From positions 2,480,001-2,544,000 of the forward strand of contig JAYWIR010000013.1 in the NCBI GenBank assembly GCA_036172245.1: a stretch of 64,000 bases of DNA, given 5' to 3'. How positions within the stretch are numbered: the first letter of the stretch is position 1; every line of letters starts with the position of its first letter. Origin of the DNA: Raillietiella orientalis. Its lineage: Eukaryota. The notes beneath the pieces are model-generated. The model was given only the letters and a program-made list of their open reading frames with translations. It made no database searches and was not told the DNA's origin. Of the stretch, positions 48,401 to 58,153 are shown piece after piece. The position numbers and the translations under genes are program-made.

Positions 48401-51400
48401 CAGCTATGGACATCCCCCCTGTGTGTGCCCGCTCGCATTCTCCTGCGGAGATGCGCCGGCAGCGGAGGATTTCTCTCGCTTTTGCCGGGCACTCAATACA
48501 GGAAGCGGGGTTTCGGTTTTCCATTGCGGAGGTTGACCGCACTTCTGGAAGCACACTCTTGGATCTCCTGCCGCCCAATGAACTTTGAAGCTTGGCGGCA
48601 GAAGTCTGTTGAATCCTGGGCGGCGTTCCAAGGAATACGCCCTGAAGATCTTCGCCTTCTGCGCCAATTTTTTCCACGATCCTTGGAAGAAGTACTGCAG
48701 GACGAGGTGAAGTTTTCTACCCTGGCTTCCACGCCTCTTGCCGCAGCGCTGTCTGCCCTCAGGGCAAGAAACGACAGTTACCAACCGGCGAGGTGGGAGG
48801 TTTCCTGCACGATAGCGGGAAGAACCAAACTCCTTGGCACCTGGAAGACAAGTGAGTTGGCGGACGCCGCCACTCCTCGTGCTACTGCAAAGGGACTCCT
48901 CCGGTGGGCAGAAGAACTTGCTGTCACCCCCGAAGAACTTGTAGTCCCTCCACAGTGTATGGACAGTTCGCTGCTCCCCCTTGCTTGGAAACAAGCCGTG
49001 CTGCTTTTCGTTCACTGGGGTTTTCAGTGCAACGAGCGTTGGCATCGTGACTCCGGGGGACTTGCGTCTGCGAACCGCGTTCGGTGCGGATCGACGGAGT
49101 CGATTCCGCACCTACTTCTGGACTGCGGTGTCCTACAAGGACTGTGGCGTAGGCTGGCAACAGCACTATTGCATCCCGTGGACACCGCAAGAGACTTGAT
49201 GCGACGATTCTTCACGCCGAGCGGGCTTTCACTAAGCGCAAGGATTGCAACCATCGGTTGCATACGCGCGATAGTTTCCGTCCGCCAGGCGTTGGTAATC
49301 AACGGACAGCACCAAGAGGTAATCAGCAAAGCATCCTTCTACATGGGAGCATCCGCTAGATGGCCTCATTTGACAGAGGAGACAAAGAGGAATCTCGCCG
49401 CACTACACCGCCGGTTTACACACCCTCATCAGCGGCCAACCCGGTGATCATTGCCCTACCCTCCATAAACTAAATTTGTATTTTCTTTTTACACCCGCGT
49501 CTCCATAGGCTCCGGAACATTTTAGGTGTTCATGGTATAAATACCCGTGAGTACGGAGCCTAACCAAAAACCCGTTACCCTTCCCTCCAGTTTTTGATTT
49601 TTGTTTGTTTCCCCTCATTCCCCCCCCGCTGCGAGCGGTTTGTTTACCAGGCCTGCGTGCCGGTAATTTTTCTATGTTCTCTGTCGTTCTCTTGGTTGGC
49701 GACATTGTCCCTGACCAGTTTATTATTATTAATAAACGCCCCGGCGTGACCGGGTGATAAATTTCAATCTCCGCCTGCTAACAGGTGAGCCGGAAACACA
49801 GGTGAACGCGATGAACGAGTTGTGCGCCGCCATGCGTGCGCGCAACTGGTTCGCGGGTGAGAGGGGAATGGTCCGCAGCATCGACCACGTCTTCCTCGAC
49901 GCTGACCTGTGTTCACGGGTCGGAAAACGGGGGAGGGTTGCGTCAACGTTGTCGGACCATTCCCGGTTAATTTTCGAGATGCGGCCTCGCGACAAAGGAC
50001 CTCCATCCAGGGACTGGCGTCTGCCAGGGGACTTGACGCGACTCTCAGGTGCGAAGGAACACCTTCGCGAATACCTGAGAGGCGTCACGCTCCGGAATCT
50101 CCAATACGGTGACCTTTTTAAGGAATCGGTTCTGGAGTTCTGCGAGCAGTTCCCCCTGGACCGCCTGCCCTCCGGATTCGGCGAGGGTCGTCGCAACCAT
50201 CGGGTCTATTTACAGGCCTGAAGGTACGAGCGAACCCTTAATGTCCGTCGCCTGGCCGAGTACCGCGCCGGGGCCGAACGCCAAGCCTGGCAATCCGGGT
50301 CGGCCAGCTTGCTGGACGACCAGGGCCAGGAATGTTCGTCCCCGGCGTCGGTACGGCATCTCGTGCGGAGTTATTATTCCTCCCTTTATGCCAGGGCGCC
50401 CCGGATCAAGATGCCTCGCGGCTCTTGCTTCCGGATGGTGCCCCGGAAATAGGGGAGGAGGAGTCGTTAAGGCTCGATGAGCCTTTTACCACCGGCGAAA
50501 TTCTCGCCGTTATCAAAAGGCTCAAGAGGCGGAAAGCTCCAGGGGAAGACGGCTTGCCCGCGGAGTTCTATCAGAGCTTCGCGGAAGAGCTGGCACCCCT
50601 GCTGCTTCAGATGCCAAGGCTGATCCGAGACGAAGGCGATGTTTCCGCCTCGTTTCGGTCAGCCAGAGTGAGGCTCCTTCCGAAAGGGGGAGACCTTAGG
50701 AATTTGAACAACTGGCGTCCGATCACGATTGTGAATACGGACGGCATGTTGGTTGCCGGGCTATGGGCTTCGCGTCTGGGGCAGGTGGCAGAATCCGTAA
50801 TTAGCCCGGAGCAGAATTATGCTGTTCCCGGGCGAAGTATGGATGCCAACCTCTTCTTCGCAAGCACATGGGTGCACCTGCAGAGAAGAGAGAAGAAAGG
50901 GATAGGGAAAGTCGGCAACCCCACTTTGGGGCCGCCAGCAGGGCAGGGAAAGGACTCTCGAGCGGGAAAGGGGGCCTTAGCGCTCGCAGTCGATCTCCAT
51001 AAGGTGTTCGACTGTGTTGACCAGGGACTTTTCTTGGAGCTCCTGGGTCGCATGGGCTTCCCACCCTCCTTGATCAACTACCTGCGCTCCTGCTGGCGCC
51101 ATGCCATAATTTCCGTTTCTTTCAGCAGTCAGAAGGTGCATGGCGTGCCGGTGCGGCGGGGCATCAGGCAGGGAGATAGCCTGAGTCCCCTGCTCTTCAG
51201 CAGCTACTTTGAGTTGGTGCTGAGAGCCTACAGGGTGACTTTGGCCACCTCGCCTAGCTCGTGTCCCGGCACGCCCGCCGTAGCAGCCTATGCCGACGAC
51301 CTTCTGCTCCTGTTACCTATGTCCACTCCGGCGAAGGCGGTCGGAGACTTCTTCGATCTGCTCAGCCGTGGGACCGGACTGCAGGTCAACAGGGCGAAGT

Positions 51401-53106
51401 CGTCGGTGGTGCCAGTAGGTGCGGCGTGGGCAGGGCAGCAGGACTGGGTCCGTCTGGGGATCCCCACGGCGAGGTGCCTCAAGTACCTTGGTGTGCCGTT
51501 GGGTGACTACTCCCCTGCGGAAGCGTGGTCCAGCTGTCTTCAAAAAGTTGAGACGGCGATCGGCCCGTTCCTGGAAGGCAAGTTTCACTTGCCGGAACGG
51601 GCCGCGGTTTGGAACGCCTTCGCGGCCCCCATCCTCCGCCCCTTGCTTTTTGTTTGCCCCGCCCCAAGAGTAGTTAAAAAGAGGACGAAGGACCTCCTCC
51701 GCATCGCCCTTTGGGCCAAGGGGAGGTCCCGAGTCCCTCTGCAGGACTTGTGCGCTCCGCGTCGGGACGGCGGCCTTGGCCTCCTGACGCTGGAGCGGGT
51801 GGAAATCCAGCTGCGGTGGCGAACCCTCGCCATTGCAGCGAAGATGTGGAGCACCCCTTGGTGCGTTCCGGCCCGCCACCTCGCCAGGCGTGTTTTCCGA
51901 TGCGAAGGACTCGCGTAGTTTGTTCTGTGCCCTGGCCGGAAGATCCGAAGATGCGGCCTTATGCTCGGACGCCTAGCAACCTTGGCGAAGACGAACGGTT
52001 GGATGGTTTGTGGCCCCGCCAACTCCTCCGCCTGGTTAGAGGAGTCTGCTGGCACATGGGCTAAGCTGAACCGGAGGAGTGAAAACCACATGAACTGCCT
52101 GCGAATCGGCCCATACGCCAACCGCACTCTGCGGGAATACTGGTATTTCCTCGGAGTCGCAGGTGGGCGTTGATTACCCCCCTTGCTACGGCGATGCCCT
52201 ACCTCCTGAGGGCGCTTAAGGATCGCCAGAAGCCGAGGTGGCAAGTCACCTGCCAGATCGCAGGCAGGGAGAAGATGTTAAGAGGCTGGACCACAGGAGA
52301 ACTGGCGGACGCCACGACCCCGAGCGTCCAGCCGCGTGGATTAATGAGACGGGGCGAGCTGCTCGCCATCCCTACGGATGTGCTGAAGTGGCCCCCGGTA
52401 CTAAAGGAATCCAGGATCCTGCCCCTCAAGTGGCAAGATTCGGCGTTGCTACTGCTGCACTGGGGTTTACCCTGCAACCCACGCCGCTTCCACTGGACAA
52501 AGGGAACTGTGGATCCTGAGTGTGTCAGGTGCGGAGAGCGGGAATCGCTCTCCCACCTTATTGTGGACTGTGCTGCCATCCGACCCCTCTGGGAACGGTT
52601 CGGGGCGACCCTAGGGCTCCCTACGAGCAGCAACCCCAGAGACGTTCTTCGGCCCCTCTTCGTGAAGGACGCACTGCAGCCAGCCGCAGCCATCGCAGCC
52701 TTGTGCTGTGTCCGTGGCATCGTGGCGGCATGGAGCGACGCCAAAAACTAAGTAGTGGCTCCACAGGCGAGGGATGTCATTTTCTACGCCCAACGCTTCA
52801 TGCGGAGAGCTGCCGGATGGCCCCAACTGGGGAATATACGGACGGACCTCAAGGGCTTCCTTCAACGGATGGGCCCTCCTCACAGCGCTCAGTGATCCCT
52901 TCCCTGCCCTCCAACTTCTTTTTGTCTGTTTATTTTTTATTTTTCTTTTTGTTTTATCCCCATCCCCCTTCGCTGCTGAGGAACGCTACGCTGGGCTGCG
53001 TCCCGGCGTCCCGGCAGGTCCAGTGCATATGGCCGTGAGCGGGGCCTTGTACCGCGGATGTAGAGTTTTTTAAAAAATAAACGCCCCGGGCGTACCCGGG
53101 TGTAAA
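42411..53106 (+). mobile_element. LINE copy B2, full-length but degenerate. Segments 42411-44717 and 49761-53106; hosts F.
   Basis: 5' ttggaggacgtgtttt. ORF1 42500-44249 is frameshifted. APE is split at GDFN. RT in ORF 50332-51918. 3' end aataaacgccccgggcgtacccgggtgtaaa. Confidence 0.92.
44718..49760 (+). mobile_element. LINE copy F, both ends present, RT core deleted (~48050), sense insertion in the B2 APE GDFN motif
   Basis: 5' gattgcggacgtgttttt. ORF1 44796-46719. TAATG at 46717. APE 46719-48026 and ORF2 C-terminus 48008-49447. 3' end aataaacgccccggcgtgaccgggtgataa. Perfect 9-bp TSD atttcaatc at 44709-44717 / 49761-49769. Confidence 0.93.
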
Positions 53107-54621
53107 CCTCCGTGGTGGTCCACATGACCGGCATCACCAGCCGCATGACGCGATCAGCGGTTGTTGAGGAATTAAGAAACTACGGTGAGGTGCACGCACT
53201 GTGGCCGAAACCCTCCATTTTCGACGGCTTCGATAGCCTTTTTGGTGGGCAGGCTGCAGCGCGGGTCACCGTACGCGAGAATTGTGGGCTTCCCCACAAA
53301 CTACAGGTGGCGCAAGAAAACGTCGACCTGTGATATGTAGGGAAACCCCGGTATTGCGGGCATTGTGATACCGTGGGACACCTACGTAAAAGGTGTCGCA
53401 ATATACAATGCCATTTGTGCGGGGAGCGGGGCCACGTTCGGCGCGTGTGCCCCAAACGCCCCACCCCGGTTCCCCCTGCCGCGAAAAAAGCGCAGGGGAA
53501 ACGCGCTTCAAAGGTCTCCAGACCTTAAGTGGAAAATTTGCCAGCACAAGCTGCCAACACCTCAACCTCCGGCGCGTAAGCCGAAGGATAAACCTTCTGA
53601 AACGGTGGAAGGCGAAGAGGGATGGCAGCTTGTAGAGGCCAGAAAGCCAAGGAAACTCCCACCCGCGGAGAGCAAAGAGCGCAAGACGGCCGGTAAGCCG
53701 AAAAAACCCGGTCCGCGTTCGAAAACTCTGCGCGAGTGCACGGTGGCACTAGAACGAATCGTCGTTCCCGAGATTGCCACCCGGAGCGTCGATCCTTCCC
53801 TTGCCGTTTCCGCTGCGCCCGAGGCTCGTAACGGCGAACCCTCTGTTTACACAGAGGGTGAGCCGCGCGACATAGCGGCAGTCGAAGTCGCGGACGCCGC
53901 GTTCGCGCAGGCGGCGGAGGAGCTCGCGTTTACGCTGGCCGAGCGTGAGAACCCCTCGCGCAAGGCCGTGCGAAGGCCGGCTCCGGCGAGGAAGGCCCCC
54001 AAAGGTGAGTTAGACCTGGGGGCCGGAAGCACATCATCCTCCTCGGAGGCACCCCCCAGGAAGTCGGGACGCAAGTCCCAGAAGCCCAGGAGGCGCCTCC
54101 CCTCCACCAGCGAGGAGAAGACGGAAGCCGTCGCCAGCGTGGGAAATTCGGAGGAGGAATTCCCATGCTCGGAAGCCGTCGCTCCGGCCACCCCCATGGA
54201 GGAGGGTGAACAGGGGGGTGAAGTTCCCCCTGCAGGCGCCGACCCTGAACACCCCGCCCCCATGGAGGAGGGCGATCAGGTAGGCGCGACCCCACCTGTG
54301 GGTGACCCGCTCGATGTACAGTTTCCTATGGAGGAGGGGGAGCAGGTGCCTTCAGCACCTGACCCCCCTCCTCCACCTAGCGTCCCGCCCCAGCAGGTGG
54401 CGGACGCCGCACTGCCATCTTCCCAGGAGTAACACCTGGGCTCGCCAGTCGCCGTCGGATTCGCGCCGCCTGTTGGAATGTCAACGGACTGCGCGACGAC
54501 GGTGACAGGCGAGTTACAGCCGACATCCTGCGGGAGTTCGACATGGCCCTGTTTCAAGAGATCCATGTGATCACCGCGGCAGACGTCCACGAGATCGAGG
54601 CCATCGCAGGGGGTCGGCTGT
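53107..54621 (+). mobile_element. LINE copy B3, internal fragment (ORF1 from SVVVHMTG to the APE start), cut by E'2
   Basis: Closely matches B2 42924-44438; TAACA junction at 54430. Confidence 0.9.
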
Positions 54622-55058
54622 TTGTCACCCGGTTGCGCCGGGGCGTTTATTACAAACTATCCGGGAACAGAGTTTCCGGACAAAGGGGAAAACAAGAGAG
54701 GCAGGGGGTGGGATCCCCGACACGCAGGTCGGTATGCTGAATGTCCGGAACGTGAGGGAGGGGACCACAAATACACTACTATGAAAAATACAAATAAAAA
54801 TATGGAGGGCAGGAGACAGGGGGCTTTGGTGAGTCCGTTCCTTCCTTTCAAAAAAGGCGATGGATGCCGGCGATCTCTCTCCTTAATTCCTCTGGAAGAT
54901 GGGCCCACTCGGCAGCCGACGACATTCTTTCGCTCTCTAATCCGGTGGGCTGTCGAACGATGGCCAGCTTCTCCAACTCTCGGTGGGCCTTGTCGATGGC
55001 GCGGGTGCAACACACGGTTGCAACGACAGCACCTAAAGACAGGCCGCCTGGCGTGAAG
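54622..55058 (-). mobile_element. LINE copy E'2, short 3' end, antisense in B3 APE at GGRL
   Basis: Homologous to E'1 38963-39395. 3' end aataaacgccccggcgcaaccgggtgacaa. Confidence 0.88.
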
Positions 55059-55755
55059 AATCCAGGATCCTGCCCCTCGAGTGGCAAGAGTCGGCGTTGC
55101 TCCTGTTGCACTGGGGTCTACCCTGCAACGCGCGCCGCTTCCACTGGACGAGGGGAGCTGTGGATCCTGCGTGTGCCAGGTGCGGGGAGCGGGATTCGTT
55201 CCCCCACCTTATTGTGTTTTGTGCTGCCCTCCGACCTCTTTGGGTACGGTTCGGGACGACCCTCGGGCTCCCTACAGGCAGCACCCCCAGAGACGTTCTT
55301 CGGCCCTTCTTCGTGAAGGACGCACTGCAGCCAGCCGCATCCATCGCAGCCTTCTGCTGTGTCCCTGGCATCGTGGCGGCATGGAGCGACGCCAACAACG
55401 AAGGAGTGGGTCCACAGGCGAGGGATGTCATCCCGTATGCCCAACGCTTCTTGCGGAGAGCTGCCGGATGGCCCCAGCTGGGAGATATGCGGAGAGACCT
55501 CAAGGGCTTTCTTCGAAGGATGGGCCCTCCTCACAGCGACCAGTGATCCCTACCCTGCCCTCCAAACTCTTTTTGTTTTTTATTTCTTTATTTTTCTTTT
55601 TGTTTTTTCCCCTCATCCCTTTTCGCTGTCGGGGAGTGCCACGCCGGGGTGCGTCCCGGTGTCCCTACAGGTCCTGTGCATAAGGCCGTGAGCGGGGCCT
55701 GGTACCGCGATTGTAGAGTTTATTAATAAACGCCCTGGTCGTACCGGGGTGGCAA
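55059..55755 (+). mobile_element. LINE copy B'4, 3' fragment, antisense to G3 at GFG
   Basis: ORF 55097-55546 is the ORF2 C-terminus with zinc finger. 3' UTR like B'1. End aataaacgccctggtcgtaccggggtggcaa. Confidence 0.9.
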
Positions 55756-56183
55756 CGCCGAAGCCCGGCGGGAGACGTTCCAGGCGAAACTGATCGCAAA
55801 ACTCGCGGACTGAGCACTTCATTTCGTCCCAGTCCGCGAGCGTCTCAAGATGGAATCCTCGCAAGAAGGCGCGCAGGTGTTCCGCCGCTCCTGCGAGGCG
55901 CAACCAGTCCCCCGGCAGGCACCACGTTTTCAGGGGATGGTCCTTGTCGCGTGGATGTATCTCGAGCACGAGCCGTGGATGCTCGGACAGCTGTGCCGGG
56001 AGCGTTCCTCGAGTTCCCCCCTGCGTGCACAGGTGGTTGTCGAGGAACATGTGGTCGATGTTCCGATCTCTCCCGGCATCACCGGCCAACAAGTTGCGCG
56101 CGTTGATGGCTGCGCACAACTCGTTGACCAGTCGTGCTCGACTGCTGGGCGCACCCGCCAGAAAGCGGAAATTGGAGTCCCCG
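55756..56183 (-). mobile_element. LINE copy G3, APE fragment
   Basis: GDSNFRFL..NIDHMFLD..LSEH..LPPGFG in minus ORF 55613-56299; homologous to G2 8960-9389. Confidence 0.85.
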
Positions 56184-56390
56184 TTATTTCTCTTTTTGTT
56201 TGTTTTTTGTTCTACTTTTCCCTTCCCATGCGCCTCGGGAATGGACCTAACCGATCTATGCACCGGCAACAGACACGTCAACCAAGGTGGGAAAAGCAAG
56301 TGTTTCCCACAACCAACTTTTGAAAGACTTTATTACCTAATTTTTGTAACAAATTAGAATAATAAATGCCCCGGCATATCCGGGTGACAA
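56184..56390 (+). mobile_element. Isolated LINE 3' UTR (copy H, G-related)
   Basis: T-rich tract, hairpin gtgggaaa/tttcccac, and end aataaatgccccggcatatccgggtgacaa resembling the G1 end. Confidence 0.8.
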
Positions 56391-58153
56391 ACGTCGGCTG
56401 GAGCCGAGCATTCCCGGTCCTGGTCGTCGAGCAGAACTGTCGCCCCTGACTGCCAGACCTGGCGCTCGGTCTTGGCCTTGTACTCGGATAATCGACCAAC
56501 GTATGCGCGCCTGGAAAAGGAGCAGGCCTGCAGAAAATCTCTGCTGTTATCTACGCCCTCTCCGGAGCCGCGCGGAAACTGGTGCAAGGGAAACCGGCAG
56601 CAGAACTCGCGGACCGATCTTTCAGATCGTTCCAGTCAGCGAGCTCACTTATAGCGAAGCCGCGAAGGTACTGGCGAAGATGCTAAGCCGCCTCCGGGTA
56701 GCTTAGCCAGTCTGTCGGCATCCTCCAAAAACAGTTTGGAGGCCCCTTGCCTGGCGGAAGCAACTCGAACTCGAGCCTGTTGTGGTCTGAAAGCACGGAC
56801 GGCACGGAACCTTTCCGACCAACTCGAGAGAGCAAGTGTTCATCAAGGTATACGTGGTCCAGCGTTGCTGTTATAACAGGGTCGCTAGCGAACAAGTTGC
56901 ACGCGTGCACGGACGCGCACATCCCTTCCGCTAGCAACTTTTCTTTTTTGTGGGATCTATTCTCGGAAAGCAGGTATACGTTAAAGTCCGTCGCAATGAG
57001 ATAGGACACAGTAGGCTAAGATCGAGTGAGCCACTGGCTTTGACCGGTACCGAAGAACTCAATCCTTTCGGCCCATCGTCCAGCACCGCTCGGCGCGTAC
57101 ACGTTGGTTACGACAAGGTCGATCGAGTCGGACCACTTGAGTACAAGCTGTCCCACTCGGCCTTCCGTGTCGAAACGAACGCTTGGCACCGCTCCCGCCA
57201 AAGTTCCTCGCACGAGGAAAGCGACGCCGCAAGTACGTGCAACGCCGCACCTATAAGGTAGCGTTCCGCCCGCGCGCTGTTCGATTTCGGCAGCCTGCTC
57301 TTCGGAGATGCTGTGAATATCCTGCAGGAGCGTCAAGTCGAAGGCGCGCAGAGCGTGAGCCACTAGTCGCCTCTTCTCCTCGTGTTGGAGCCCGTTGACG
57401 TTCCAAGACGTCACGGTAGCACGACGAGAAGACGCTATTGCCCTCATCACGGCTGGGAAAGCAAGGCCGCGGTGCTCGCCTCACCCGGCGAGCGGGCAGT
57501 AAGAAGCACGAAGGGCTGGAGAACCCGCTCACCACCGGTCTCAACTGTGCTGCACGTAATCGAGTGCTCCTACCCGGGTGCAGAACCTGTAGGTTCCGGG
57601 GTGAGCACTCGCCATTCTGCGGCGAGTGTTTCACGCGTCAGGGCTTTAGCCCTGCGGACGGTCGCTCCCGCGCGAGTAACGCGTCGTTCAGCGACGCTAT
57701 CGGACTCCATTGCGGAGTCTGAAGCTCGCACGATCGACGTGCGCTTCCATTCGTCCGATTGCACCGGAATGGTCTTCTCGGCGGTCACAGGAGCGGACTT
57801 CCACGCGTTGAAGGCGCTGGCTTTTTCCTGGGAAGAGGCACAAGCTGCGCGTGTTTTCGTATTCGCGCGACTGCTTTTCCCTTTGGAAGAGCTCGGGGAT
57901 GCATGTTGCGGAGCTTTTTTGGAGATTTTTCTTTCCTACTCTCCACAACCTTCCATTCGCCTTCGCGATTTTTGGAGGCTTCCGCGACAGTAGTGCGGAA
58001 ACCTCCGGGATTTTCGCTACGTAATCAGGGAGCGCTGCTTTCGCTACGTCTTTAAAAGGCGGCAACGTAGTCACCTTCTTGACAGTCGGGAGATTGCTCC
58101 TCTCCTGCCGAGTCGGTAAACTTGCTTCGCGGCTGAAAGTATTGTGCGCTTGA
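56391..58153 (-). mobile_element. E/F-group LINE internal fragment (ORF1 C-terminus + APE)
   Basis: TGATG junction at 57449-57445. APE motifs WNVNG, LQD, NVYAP, TDFN, LDH, SDH in minus ORFs 57016-57450 and 56683-57009. Confidence 0.88.
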
